In this document: positions 21,101-29,730 of the stretch, one piece after another
Layout: each line of letters starts with the position of its first letter
Numbering within the stretch: position 1 is the first letter of the stretch
Source: a phage
Length of the DNA: 64,000 nucleotides
Reading direction: 5' to 3' (one strand)
Sequence record: NC_100371.1
Made by a program: the position numbers and the translations under genes
The notes under the pieces: model-generated
What the model saw: only the letters and a program-made list of their open reading frames with translations
Database searches by the model: none
Told to the model about the DNA's origin: nothing

Positions 21101-22626
21101 GTCAGCTGACCAGTGAGATCCCCAACCTGCATGTATTTAGGACAATCTAATACGCCATCCTCACGGAATCCTAAATATCTATGAGTTTCAGATCCTTTTG
21201 CACCTTTGTGGAGGTGAATTGTTAACCAAGCCTTATTATCGTTTCTTACCTCGGAGTAGATCCTATACCCATGCTCAAGAACACCGTCGGTGTCATATTT
21301 ATCCCCATGGAGAATACCTGAAGCAGATTTAACATCTCCTGAGTATTGAGCCAAGTAAAGGTGCCCGAAAGCAGGGGAGTTGTTTTTACCAAGGCCGATA
21401 TGAGATCTGAAGGTGTCATCATTCCGAGGTCTGACCATCGGCTGCCATGCAGTCCACTGGTTTGTGTTGGCCTGATAGGTTCTCAAATACCAAACATCTA
21501 CGTTAGAGAATGGATAGTATTCCTGACGACAGCCAGTGCCACCGTTAGCATTGTTCTGCCAAACAATCAGGTGACCAGCACCAGAACCTGCAGGGTAACC
21601 ATTTGCCTCAGTTGCATTAGCGGTTATCGGCTGGTAGTATATGCCGTCCTGATTACCAGTCAAGTTATTGATATTGAAATTTGCCTCAAGGGCTGCACGT
21701 TGCTTATAGAAAGCACCGATATTGATACGGACTCCAGCGGCATCTCTAGCTCCTGTACCGCCTTGCTCTATAGCAAGAGGTTGCCACGAGGCTGTTTGTT
21801 GGTTCCACATGCCCCAACGGCCTGCTGCATCAAGCTGCAAATACCCTGCCGTGTTTAAATCATCTCCGGCACGGATAACTGTTCTTGTTGGGTTGTTTGC
21901 CTCTAGGCGTTTAAATTCATCACGAAGTGCTATTCTTTTTGTTGTTGCCACACCGTTGGTCACTGCAATGGTGTACATGGCTCCGGAGGTAGCGCCACGG
22001 AAAATACCATCAACAGTTGTAGTATCACGACGAGATACCACACCGTTCAGAAATTTTTCACCAGCTGCTTCAGAAGGGTAGTTAGTAGTTCTTCCCTCTT
22101 CAATAACTGCAGGACCCACAAAGTTGACAAGGTGAATAACATCGCCTACAGTATGCACTGTACCAAAATCTACCCGCTGTGCAAGTGCTTTAGCATCGTT
22201 GGCTGTCTGAACAGTAACATCCATTACATCCTGGACAGACTGCCCTTCGGCTGTCATGATCATAGATGCGCCAATGGTAGATTCCAGCTCCTCCCTTAAG
22301 GACGGATCTGTATATACCATCCATGCAGCGTCAGTAATCCCCCCGTCGGAGTACGGTGAAGACAGTGCAGGAACAGTGTGTGGAAATTCGCCTTTCCAAC
22401 GCAGGTAGAGGTCTTCCTCTTCGAAGTAGGCAAAATCCATTGGGCCGTTTAACTTACCACCTTCCTTAAAGGAGATTACATGAGAAACAGTCCCATCCAC
22501 ATGGACAACATCGCCAATTTTTACACGACGGGTCAGGTCTGGTTGTTGAACAACCAGGTAATCATCCTCTGTCACTGCGGTAGTGGCAGGAAGAGATTCA
22601 ATTCTGACAACTTTAATATCAGCCAT
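18187..22626 (-). CDS. giant tail fibre protein (1479 aa) with internal duplication
   Basis: N-terminal ~100 aa homologous to N-terminus of 25263..25931; duplicated segments (ANATEANGYPAGSGAGHLIVWQNNANGGTGC vs ANANATAERHYPPGQQMAGTLIVLRNSANEGTGC; WQPLAIEQGGTGARDAAG vs WEPLPQAAGGTGATTLADA). Confidence 0.5.
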   Translation of the reverse strand: MADIKVVRIESLPATTAVTEDDYLVVQQPDLTRRVKIGDVVHVDGTVSHVISFKEGGKLNGPMDFAYFEEEDLYLRWKGEFPHTVPALSSPYSDGGITDAAWMVYTDPSLREELESTIGASMIMTAEGQSVQDVMDVTVQTANDAKALAQRVDFGTVHTVGDVIHLVNFVGPAVIEEGRTTNYPSEAAGEKFLNGVVSRRDTTTVDGIFRGATSGAMYTIAVTNGVATTKRIALRDEFKRLEANNPTRTVIRAGDDLNTAGYLQLDAAGRWGMWNQQTASWQPLAIEQGGTGARDAAGVRINIGAFYKQRAALEANFNINNLTGNQDGIYYQPITANATEANGYPAGSGAGHLIVWQNNANGGTGCRQEYYPFSNVDVWYLRTYQANTNQWTAWQPMVRPRNDDTFRSHIGLGKNNSPAFGHLYLAQYSGDVKSASGILHGDKYDTDGVLEHGYRIYSEVRNDNKAWLTIHLHKGAKGSETHRYLGFREDGVLDCPKYMQVGDLTGQLTNWGLGEWIRSSGAERGFWGSKKAAKMVVWDGGMDESGNGTLEWGVYNNRKAKWEPLPQAAGGTGATTLADAQNLFKVPIAAGVKDFLTLPRTAGMEDGKYYPIIVRTDPYYAPATGTDITIVTRSSSGGDPMNCATLQCHYRTGGWTDRGDSFYGVVNFYQNEKAILGMVAPTRGKQEYVAFYVEARAFPVSIYASRNVVEVFTREQDYQVGSVTNNQDGVKFVSPLQSADLNLAVLGDNNTNTRPIVDFKGTSGFYTGGGTQWHYIGTAERYAVMSKMNMPKVELWADGIDYLCYSSPRKALFSNAGFQCASDGTEDLTNGTFTSKCGNGAGLKGQAEFRSTPEAGQVIVRDVVGTAHRFYNFNKDGTFSAPGGFVCHTGADWNNQFGNNNPSKILAGNVNGPEGSMVVGGLSVAFSGNYAFQMAGRLDQLYTRSIEQGNHRAWNKVIQHRGQGLGTSDLNDYKADREGIYHQEANANATAERHYPPGQQMAGTLIVLRNSANEGTGCVQIYKMYLGGTWERYYNNTGSGMNWSPWKRTSFPESTTAPVMPDLWLPLTSNLKPVLGEGEMIFSRPSTATYFTKRGVMAVAQANQPRFERDGLLIEGQRTNLMLNSEDPSKWGAQSQITVGNTVTNTNGTKGARFTVSNVSGVETTALNLATVPATRGADVTGAEKFCTGSIIARGGKAHQRLRVRFDMYNGSTTVFQGDAYVNLSTLEVKTTGVAAGRIKVKAERWQTAGPAWIRVVATFEAVDSDMNIGCQFQIAPPDGSQHAVGDWVDVAIPQFELGSCESSFIPTGSSPVTRAADLCKFPMTDNLAPRPFTIAATVDANWRGWGKAPNAAPRVIDTEGHQYGAAFIMGFGSAANIAEDGYPYCDIGGSNRRVYEMAKTRKLKIGFRIKDDGKTCSFANGLVSTETQSSWEFLAGGALIRLGGQTATGERHLFGHIKDVRVWNSALTDTQLMMESVE

Positions 22627-22640
22627 TCTTTCTCCTGAAA

Positions 22641-22657
22641 GGGGGCAAACAGCCCCC
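22641..22657 (-). terminator. hairpin (attenuator-like) immediately upstream of RBS of 1479-aa fibre gene
   Basis: GGGGGC-UGUUU-GCCCCC on minus strand followed by UUUCAGGAGAAAGAAUG (RBS and start of 18187..22626). Confidence 0.4.
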
Positions 22658-22663
22658 TATATG

Positions 22664-25261
22664 TTAAAGGTACAATCCACGGTATTGAGCATAAAGACCC
22701 AGACCGCGAAGGATTTCGCCAGAGTGATAGCCAACCGGATCAGAAACTGCCCAGCAGCCGTTTAAAATATTATCCCCGTTAATGAAGTGGTGCTTTTGCA
22801 GTAACTTCACACAGGCCTCTACAACAATATCTATTTGAGGTATTGTCTCTGAATACCCGCAAAGACCTAGCCAGCAGCAACCTGCAAGCCATTCACCTAC
22901 CACCCACATCCTGTCACCTCTGTCTTGATAAGAGTATCCACCAGAGGTGTTAAAGTCTGTAGGCAAATTTCCTGAATGGGATGACTGGAATCTGTTGAGG
23001 AACCATGCCCATTTCTGGCAGAACAGGAATAGTCTTTCATCAACAGGCTCTTTATGTTTCTTGAGCTCATATATTGTGCGGCACGCAGCAACAAAAGATC
23101 TTGACTGGAGTTTAGAGTTATCTACCATCTCCCACCAACCAGTCAACCCTTCATTACCTCTCTGCCATACATAACGTGAGGCAACTGGACCCTCTGTCTT
23201 AAATGTATTGTTATACCAGACTTGAGAGTCATACAGAAAGCCTATTGTATTTGACAATCTATGGCGGTCTATGTTTTCTGCGCCCATGCAGTAGACTGCT
23301 GGGTATTGCATACCAGGGTAGGGCCAATTTGGCCTTTCCTCTAAGAGATAATTTTCCTTATCTATCACCTTTCCGGCAGGGAACACACCCGGCGTGTGCC
23401 TGTATGCACCTTGCTTGTAGTTTCTGACATAACAATCGCCAACCTTAGCGGTCGATTCTGTCTTGCTTGCCATCCATACACTAAACCAAATTAGGTAAGC
23501 ATCTCTATCTGCAACATAAAATTGCGGTAGCGTGTTGACGCAATACAGATCAAACAAGCCATTGCCTATCTGCCTGTCGCTCAGACTGAAATCTACAGAG
23601 GTGATCCCCTTGGTGTTAGCAAAGAAAGGTTTAATCTCCTCTTCGGTGTGATGAGGTTGTGTAGGGTCTAGTTTAAAATCTCCCAGAGTAAGAGTTTCTG
23701 TTATCCATTGTCCATTAGTGGCATATAGATCAGCATACCATAACCAACGGTCTTTGTCAAGAAATTTGACCCTTACCATCTCATCATCTGATCGATAAGT
23801 CACTGAGTTTAAAGAAATCTCTCTTCCAAAATTGAAAGTTACTTTGCCTTTTACTATATTGCAACGGGTGAAGTTGTCAGAGTGGTTGTAAATGTCGGTA
23901 TCATACTGCATACTAACACTAGCGCCACCGCTTACGGCAATGTTTTCCTCTTTTGGCAAGAGATATGGGTTACCGTCTTTACCAACCACCTCTACAAAAT
24001 CAGTAACCTTGGCAACTGTTTCTGTTACCTCTGCCCCTCCAAAAGGGACACCTATTCTGTACTGTTTTTTGTTATTGTTGCCATCATTAAGGATGAAATG
24101 TGGCTGGAACAGAACCCCTTCTCCTCCGAAATTCATAACAATTTCAGCATCTCTGCCTATTTTGTATGTAGTCCCTTTTTGGATTATTTCGCAAGGCTGG
24201 CGTGCGTTCATTCTAAAATTGATATATCCGTCACTATCCCTACTTATGACAGGTACTGTTCCTGCAACTAGACAAGTGCCATCTGTGAACGGGGCCTTAA
24301 TCAACGTGGTCTTTCTGAACAGCTTGTCGTAGGCATTTATATCACTAAAATTAAGCAACTTATTGTAAGACTGCTTAAACGCGGTGTAATACTTTTCCTC
24401 ACCTGTCAGGGTGTAGAGTTGATAACAAGCGTCACACCACATCTCTTCCCCATCTAACTCTGGGGCTTGATTGTCTGCAACCACGTTTATAGGATTTACA
24501 ATTACAGGGGATCCAGCAGGTATCACCGATCCGCCCTGCTCTTGAGGCAATCTCACACAATAGGTAACCTTGTGGTTGCCTGTAACACCCTTATCTTGCA
24601 GTTGGATTGTGCCGAACTCTGCAGACGTATGACCACTGTCGGCTATGCTACCGTTGGCCCAATAGCGGTTACCATCCCATGCTATATACCACTCAACCCA
24701 CCAACTTAATCCGGAAGTTGTCCAATTAGGATTAGCATCTGTGCCGCCGTAAACATCAGAGTCTACAGTGTTTCTTCCTAAAACACCGTTATACGCCTGA
24801 AAAGCCTTGTCCAAGTATTCTCCCCATGTCGGGGATCCTGCTGGTATTTTTCCTCTACCTTTGTTAAAAGACACAACCACATCTTTAAACCCACCATGTG
24901 ATGGAACTCCATCTGTGGATAACGGGTAGTGGGACAATCTTTGCATTTTACTTTCTACTGCATATACGCCCAGAAGATGACTGTTGTAGGCTTCCCAAGC
25001 CTCTTTGGCCCTGTCTAGATAAAAATCGCTTTTTGATGCCCTGTATGCCTCAATGTATCCCAGAATCAACACAGCTTGGGACTCATGCATTGCCCAATCA
25101 TTATTTATCTTACTCCCTGACCAACCTGACGCTATAAGTCCATCCTGGTTTACCAGTTTGTTCTGTGTAGGGAGATTGGTAATACCTGTGTTGTTATCGA
25201 GGCACTTCCTGTGCCCCTCGATCATCTGAAATACGTTATCAATGTTGTGTTGAATACGCAT
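22664..25261 (-). CDS. large tail-associated protein, possible glycan-degrading receptor-binding protein (865 aa)
   Basis: Long Trp/Tyr/Asn-rich ORF between baseplate-like genes and giant fibre; enzymatic role is a guess. Confidence 0.3.
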   Translation of the reverse strand: MRIQHNIDNVFQMIEGHRKCLDNNTGITNLPTQNKLVNQDGLIASGWSGSKINNDWAMHESQAVLILGYIEAYRASKSDFYLDRAKEAWEAYNSHLLGVYAVESKMQRLSHYPLSTDGVPSHGGFKDVVVSFNKGRGKIPAGSPTWGEYLDKAFQAYNGVLGRNTVDSDVYGGTDANPNWTTSGLSWWVEWYIAWDGNRYWANGSIADSGHTSAEFGTIQLQDKGVTGNHKVTYCVRLPQEQGGSVIPAGSPVIVNPINVVADNQAPELDGEEMWCDACYQLYTLTGEEKYYTAFKQSYNKLLNFSDINAYDKLFRKTTLIKAPFTDGTCLVAGTVPVISRDSDGYINFRMNARQPCEIIQKGTTYKIGRDAEIVMNFGGEGVLFQPHFILNDGNNNKKQYRIGVPFGGAEVTETVAKVTDFVEVVGKDGNPYLLPKEENIAVSGGASVSMQYDTDIYNHSDNFTRCNIVKGKVTFNFGREISLNSVTYRSDDEMVRVKFLDKDRWLWYADLYATNGQWITETLTLGDFKLDPTQPHHTEEEIKPFFANTKGITSVDFSLSDRQIGNGLFDLYCVNTLPQFYVADRDAYLIWFSVWMASKTESTAKVGDCYVRNYKQGAYRHTPGVFPAGKVIDKENYLLEERPNWPYPGMQYPAVYCMGAENIDRHRLSNTIGFLYDSQVWYNNTFKTEGPVASRYVWQRGNEGLTGWWEMVDNSKLQSRSFVAACRTIYELKKHKEPVDERLFLFCQKWAWFLNRFQSSHSGNLPTDFNTSGGYSYQDRGDRMWVVGEWLAGCCWLGLCGYSETIPQIDIVVEACVKLLQKHHFINGDNILNGCWAVSDPVGYHSGEILRGLGLYAQYRGLYL

Positions 25262-25262
25262 C

Positions 25263-25931
25263 TTAGATAGCTCCTGCGATGATCAGTGCCCCGTACCAAG
25301 TTAGTCCATTATCATATGTTTCCAACTTGAAAATGTCTGTTGCACCAGCTGTAAATGTTAGGATAGGATCTCTTCCGTAGGCCCATTTAACATTGTCAGG
25401 CCAATAAACTTTGTTACCACCAGAGGTCTGCGTTATGCATACAGTTATAGTTCTTGCCACTCCGTCGAGCCCTTCTGTTTGATTTTCAAAAGAGATTGTG
25501 GTGTTTGAAGTGAGCCGAACTTTAAACGTGTCTGCAACGTCAAGATCCATGTCAAGTTGACCACCAATAGAGCCGTAATCAACTATCCTACCTGAAGAAG
25601 TTGCAGCAAGCTCTCCAAAAACAGACCATGCTTTTGCAGACACACCTCCGGCACCCTCTACAGTGGAATCTGGGAGGATTATTTTAGGATAATCTCCATT
25701 CCATGTGTAGTAGCGCTTAGTTTCCGGATCATAAGCAAAATCCTTCTTGCTCTTAAGATAACCGCCCTCTGTGAAATAAACTATTTTAGTAATGCTAAGA
25801 TCATTGACAACATCATCAATCTTAGCCTTTCTTGTCCCGTCAGTCTGGTTGACAACCAAGAAGTCATCACTCAAGACTGTTTCTGCATCTTCAAGATCTG
25901 GGATTGGTATTGTAGGATAAGCTACAGCCAT
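25263..25931 (-). CDS. tail protein sharing N-terminal anchor domain with giant fibre (222 aa)
   Basis: Residues ~10-110 align with N-terminus of 18187..22626 (FLVVNQTDGTRKAKIDDVV vs YLVVQQPDLTRRVKIGDVV; FTEGGYLKSKKDFAY vs FKEGGKLNGPMDFAY). Confidence 0.45.
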   Translation of the reverse strand: MAVAYPTIPIPDLEDAETVLSDDFLVVNQTDGTRKAKIDDVVNDLSITKIVYFTEGGYLKSKKDFAYDPETKRYYTWNGDYPKIILPDSTVEGAGGVSAKAWSVFGELAATSSGRIVDYGSIGGQLDMDLDVADTFKVRLTSNTTISFENQTEGLDGVARTITVCITQTSGGNKVYWPDNVKWAYGRDPILTFTAGATDIFKLETYDNGLTWYGALIIAGAI

Positions 25932-25940
25932 GATTTCTCC

Positions 25941-26657
25941 TTAGTTAACATCAATAGCACGACCAGACTGGTTGGCAATAGCCTCATCATTAGAGGTAGC
26001 AATAACACCAGAATATTCGCGCTCATCTGGAGCAAGCGTCCAGGTATTGCGGTTAATGGTTTGTTCTGCATCAGTCATCAGCAGATCTTTATCCTGAGTC
26101 AACAGAGAACCTACAGGGATCGGGTTTTCCATCTCAGGACCAGCATACTGGTTCCACCACGTAGCATCCCCAGTTCTAGGCAATCTGAAATTGATCAGGT
26201 AGTACAGTTTATTAGCCCACTTAATCCAACCTTCATCATCACAAAGAGAGGTTGCCCCGTCATCAGGCTGTGGGTAGGTAAACTGATCAAGACCTACGAA
26301 AGCCAGCCTTACAATCTCGTTCTCCTTGGTAACAACCTCAAAGAACGCTTGGTATGTTCTCGATCTTCGATCCATAGTAGACTGGAAGTTTATGATGTTT
26401 AGCACATCTGGCTCTTGTCTTGCCACTTCCATAATCTTGTTATCAAGAACAGTCTTCATGACCTTCTTACTGAGAAAGTCCATATAAGGGAAACCAAACA
26501 ACTCATCAAAGTACCAGCTCCCCTTCCATGTATTAAACCTCATCCACAGGCGCTGGCGCAGACTTACTTGGTTTGAATCTATCAACTCAAGACCTTTGTC
26601 TATCGCCAAATCACCTGTCTGTGGGTCCATCAATATATCACTATAAAGCGTAGCCAT
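25941..26657 (-). CDS. baseplate-like protein (238 aa)
   Basis: Position just downstream of spike-like gene; no motif recognised. Confidence 0.3.
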   Translation of the reverse strand: MATLYSDILMDPQTGDLAIDKGLELIDSNQVSLRQRLWMRFNTWKGSWYFDELFGFPYMDFLSKKVMKTVLDNKIMEVARQEPDVLNIINFQSTMDRRSRTYQAFFEVVTKENEIVRLAFVGLDQFTYPQPDDGATSLCDDEGWIKWANKLYYLINFRLPRTGDATWWNQYAGPEMENPIPVGSLLTQDKDLLMTDAEQTINRNTWTLAPDEREYSGVIATSNDEAIANQSGRAIDVN

Positions 26658-26669
26658 TCAAGCCCTCTA

Positions 26670-27347
26670 TTAGTGCGGTCCACTTGTCTCGCCATCAGGG
26701 CAAGAGTGGGTATGACCTTTATATTCTGCATAGAATGAGTCCAAATCCACACCAGCAGCCGTTATAATTCTACCTGATGGGTCTATTGTGGCACCATTCA
26801 TTCTGATATTTCCATCCACAGCAGCTCGTAAATTGGCAGCCCCGTTGGTGAAAGAAAACTCCCCGCTACTGTCGCACCGTAATGTTCCACCAGGTGTTTG
26901 AAGCTCAAAATCACCAGAAGGTGTCAGCTTAAAATAAACCCTATCATTCCATAACTCCACATTATCAGGATCGATCTGTAAAGCGTTAGAGTCTGAATGA
27001 ACAGAGGTTATTGCCCACCCTGGAAACAGGCCGTGAGTTTGTTGATCATCATTATTGTTTTCATTTCTCTCTGAAAACTGCAATCCTACAACATCACCAG
27101 CCTTAATAGGAAGTGTTAACCTTGCCTTCCCGCTGTTTGCAGACATCACCTGGATTGGCACATCATAGATAAGAGGGTATCTCTCAACATCCCCGTCATC
27201 AAACGTGGTTTCAGCTATTGGCTGCACTGCTGCGGAGGGGATACTGTAATCTACACTGACAACTCTGGCCCTGATACTGGTGTGGTAGTCCCTCATTATT
27301 TTTTCTATAAAGGATCTTACAGCAGCATCTTTCCTATTAATTGCCAT
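26670..27347 (-). CDS. baseplate central spike-like protein (225 aa)
   Basis: Size and position like gpV/gp5-type spikes; C-terminus YKGHTHSCPDGETSGPH has an HxH motif as found at spike tips. Confidence 0.4.
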   Translation of the reverse strand: MAINRKDAAVRSFIEKIMRDYHTSIRARVVSVDYSIPSAAVQPIAETTFDDGDVERYPLIYDVPIQVMSANSGKARLTLPIKAGDVVGLQFSERNENNNDDQQTHGLFPGWAITSVHSDSNALQIDPDNVELWNDRVYFKLTPSGDFELQTPGGTLRCDSSGEFSFTNGAANLRAAVDGNIRMNGATIDPSGRIITAAGVDLDSFYAEYKGHTHSCPDGETSGPH

Positions 27348-28348
27348 TATACCTCCTCAGTTTTGTCAACAACTCCACCCACTGTTTCCCCAAGGCCAAG
27401 CTCTGTAGTGTAATCACCACCTTCTATGGTGCCCTTATGATGGACTGTGATCACCTTATAGAAGCCTGTGTATTGCCTACTTTTAAGATAAATGGTGGAC
27501 TCTGGGAGGATAGCCCCGTTAAGACATGTGGTTACAGTAAGACCAACATCCTCTCTCGGGTTTTTCTTTTTCTTCTTACTTGTGCCACCTTTCGCAGCAG
27601 CTTTAGCTTTTCGTTTTTTAGCAGGTTCTGGGTTTTTAGGTGTGGGTGAACCGTGCATCCCAGACTCTGCACTTATTTCAAACACAGAGTCCTTGAACCT
27701 TTTTCCAACCTTGGTCCAATATAAAGCCCCGTCCTGAACGCTAAATGTTGAGTTTGTCAGCCTTGCAAACCTGCGCAGGTTCTCTGCGGTGTTTCCGGAG
27801 AAAGCCATAGAGTATTGCAAAGTTTGGTTTCCAAAACCAACAACCCTCCCTTTTGGCAAGTTCATATCCTTCAGCAGGTCATTAAGCACAGAGTTCAGAG
27901 GTGTACCTTTCTGATAAGATCTTGTGCTTTGGCACTTAATGATGTTCTCAGTGCCATCCCCAAAGATGAACTTAGTTTTTCTGGTAGGGCCTTCCCATCT
28001 GTCCTCAACAAACTCTACAGTTCCGGAGAATATCAACTGGTTCTCATTATCATAGCCAGCCTCAAACATAACTGCAAGAGCATCAGCTTGATGCATATCT
28101 AGATAGTTAACTGTATCGTCAGACAGGTTGTAAACTGTCACATAGCCTTTGTTTGGCTCTTTGGTATTGTCCTTTTGTATGTCAAACTCTATATTGGCAG
28201 CACCAGTGTCCGAGCTAATCTCATAAACTCCGGAATCACTTTCTCCTTTCTTTTCAACAGATTTCGGGATATTGGTTTTTGATTTACCACCATGCTCTAC
28301 AGGGCGACCAAATAACAATCGCCATGTTCTACGTCTGTACTCTGCCAT
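27347..28348 (-). CDS. baseplate hub-like protein (333 aa) with Lys-rich linker
   Basis: ORF with PAKKRKAKAAAKGGTSKKKKKNP segment; position after tape measure as in P2/Mu-type baseplates. Confidence 0.3.
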   Translation of the reverse strand: MAEYRRRTWRLLFGRPVEHGGKSKTNIPKSVEKKGESDSGVYEISSDTGAANIEFDIQKDNTKEPNKGYVTVYNLSDDTVNYLDMHQADALAVMFEAGYDNENQLIFSGTVEFVEDRWEGPTRKTKFIFGDGTENIIKCQSTRSYQKGTPLNSVLNDLLKDMNLPKGRVVGFGNQTLQYSMAFSGNTAENLRRFARLTNSTFSVQDGALYWTKVGKRFKDSVFEISAESGMHGSPTPKNPEPAKKRKAKAAAKGGTSKKKKKNPREDVGLTVTTCLNGAILPESTIYLKSRQYTGFYKVITVHHKGTIEGGDYTTELGLGETVGGVVDKTEEV

Positions 28349-28728
28349 TATTCTAACCCTTGCTGTTCCTTGTAAAGATCAACTGGAGTACCGTATACAA
28401 GTTGCAACTCAGATCTTGCTCCAAGGTTGTATCTTCCAACTCTCCCCCAATATTGATCGTCTTTAAACGACAGCGCCATCAATCTACCTTTCGGTAAATC
28501 GTCTCTGTAATGCAGTCCGTCTAGAATATCTTGACAAGCTGTTACTTTTCTGGTTACTAAAGGGCTGTCACCTACCGGACCAAGAGATAACCACCAGGAC
28601 TCATCCCTCTCATTCCATTGCATACGCATTTCATACGTCTCATTGTCTAAAACAACACGCATGGTTTGATCAGGAAAGCCGTCAATGTCCCACACAAAGG
28701 TGATTATGCACCAATCTTTAAGCTCCAT
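28348..28728 (-). CDS. baseplate/tail assembly protein (126 aa)
   Basis: Small Trp-rich ORF with start overlapping stop of downstream gene. Confidence 0.3.
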   Translation of the reverse strand: MELKDWCIITFVWDIDGFPDQTMRVVLDNETYEMRMQWNERDESWWLSLGPVGDSPLVTRKVTACQDILDGLHYRDDLPKGRLMALSFKDDQYWGRVGRYNLGARSELQLVYGTPVDLYKEQQGLE

Positions 28729-28739
28729 TGCACGCCCCC

Positions 28740-29651
28740 TTATTTTCCGTTAACTTTGTTGTAGTTTCCCTGCTCAGATGGGACTATGGTAGAAGGTCTT
28801 CCATATTCCTGATAGTACCAATCCGCAGCAGATTGGGTGACACCGTTTTCATCTGTCCACATCATAGATTTGTATGGCTGCCACTCTTCTGCGGCATTTG
28901 TGGATGCAGTGTCTGCAAATGCCCCTGTGTCCCTCTTGTTACCTACGTTACTGCCATTCTTACAGTCGTTGACAGCACCTTTTTGCTGGGTCTTGCCTAC
29001 TTTCTTAGGGTTGCTGTATACAGTTGCATTAACAACCTTGTTCAAGTAGAATGTGCGGAACTCTGTAAGTTCTACATCAAACACCATCGCAGCACCTTCA
29101 CCAACAGACTTGTTGGCAGAAAGGCTGGTTATGATGTAGTTCTCAAGGAGTCTTTCCTCGGTAACCAAAGAAACCAACTGGCGCTTATTAATGATCTCAG
29201 TCAAAGCCTCCAGTGCAGCGCCTGGTCGCATAGATGCTGCAGGATTTTTAGAGTCAGTATTCCTGTCAATGTAGTTTTGCTCATAGATTATATGTGGTGA
29301 TGTATTTACCCTACCAGTAAAAGAAAATACACCATCTTTAATTACAGCGTGGTCTGACAGAGTAGATTTATCTTCCACCGCAAACCCAGTTTTATCAACA
29401 GAATGTTTGAAAGAGTAGTTCTCAACCTGATCGAAGATAATGGCAAGATCGTTAGTAAAGTTTTTACCCTTCATCTCCATATTGCGACCACCATAGTTAA
29501 GACCGCTGACAAACATAGTGTACTTTACATCGCTTTCAGTTTGCTGCTCTGCCTTTTCAGCCTTTGGAGATTTAACCTCTTGAGGCTTGTACAGGTCTTT
29601 TTCATCAACTATATTGCTTGGCATAACCTCTCCAGGACACTCCGATACCAT
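28740..29651 (-). CDS. tail protein downstream of tape measure (303 aa)
   Basis: ORF immediately after tape measure gene; function from position only. Confidence 0.3.
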   Translation of the reverse strand: MVSECPGEVMPSNIVDEKDLYKPQEVKSPKAEKAEQQTESDVKYTMFVSGLNYGGRNMEMKGKNFTNDLAIIFDQVENYSFKHSVDKTGFAVEDKSTLSDHAVIKDGVFSFTGRVNTSPHIIYEQNYIDRNTDSKNPAASMRPGAALEALTEIINKRQLVSLVTEERLLENYIITSLSANKSVGEGAAMVFDVELTEFRTFYLNKVVNATVYSNPKKVGKTQQKGAVNDCKNGSNVGNKRDTGAFADTASTNAAEEWQPYKSMMWTDENGVTQSAADWYYQEYGRPSTIVPSEQGNYNKVNGK

Positions 29652-29692
29652 CTAGATATTGTATCATAAAATAGCCGTTTTTACAACACCGA

Positions 29693-29717
29693 TAAAATAA
29701 AGGGGGCCGGAGCCCCC
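29693..29717 (-). terminator. intrinsic terminator (minus strand) after tape measure gene
   Basis: GGGGGC-UCCG-GCCCCC hairpin followed by UUUAUUUUAU on minus strand. Confidence 0.6.
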
Positions 29718-29730
29718 TATGTGCCGTTTA

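Noticed and set aside
18187-22626. 1479-aa ORF as the tape measure protein (it precedes M/L/K/I/J-like small genes)
   Set aside because: Composition is beta-rich Gly/Thr/Asn/Trp, not helical; a canonical tape measure with chaperone frameshift pair exists at 29731..32067.
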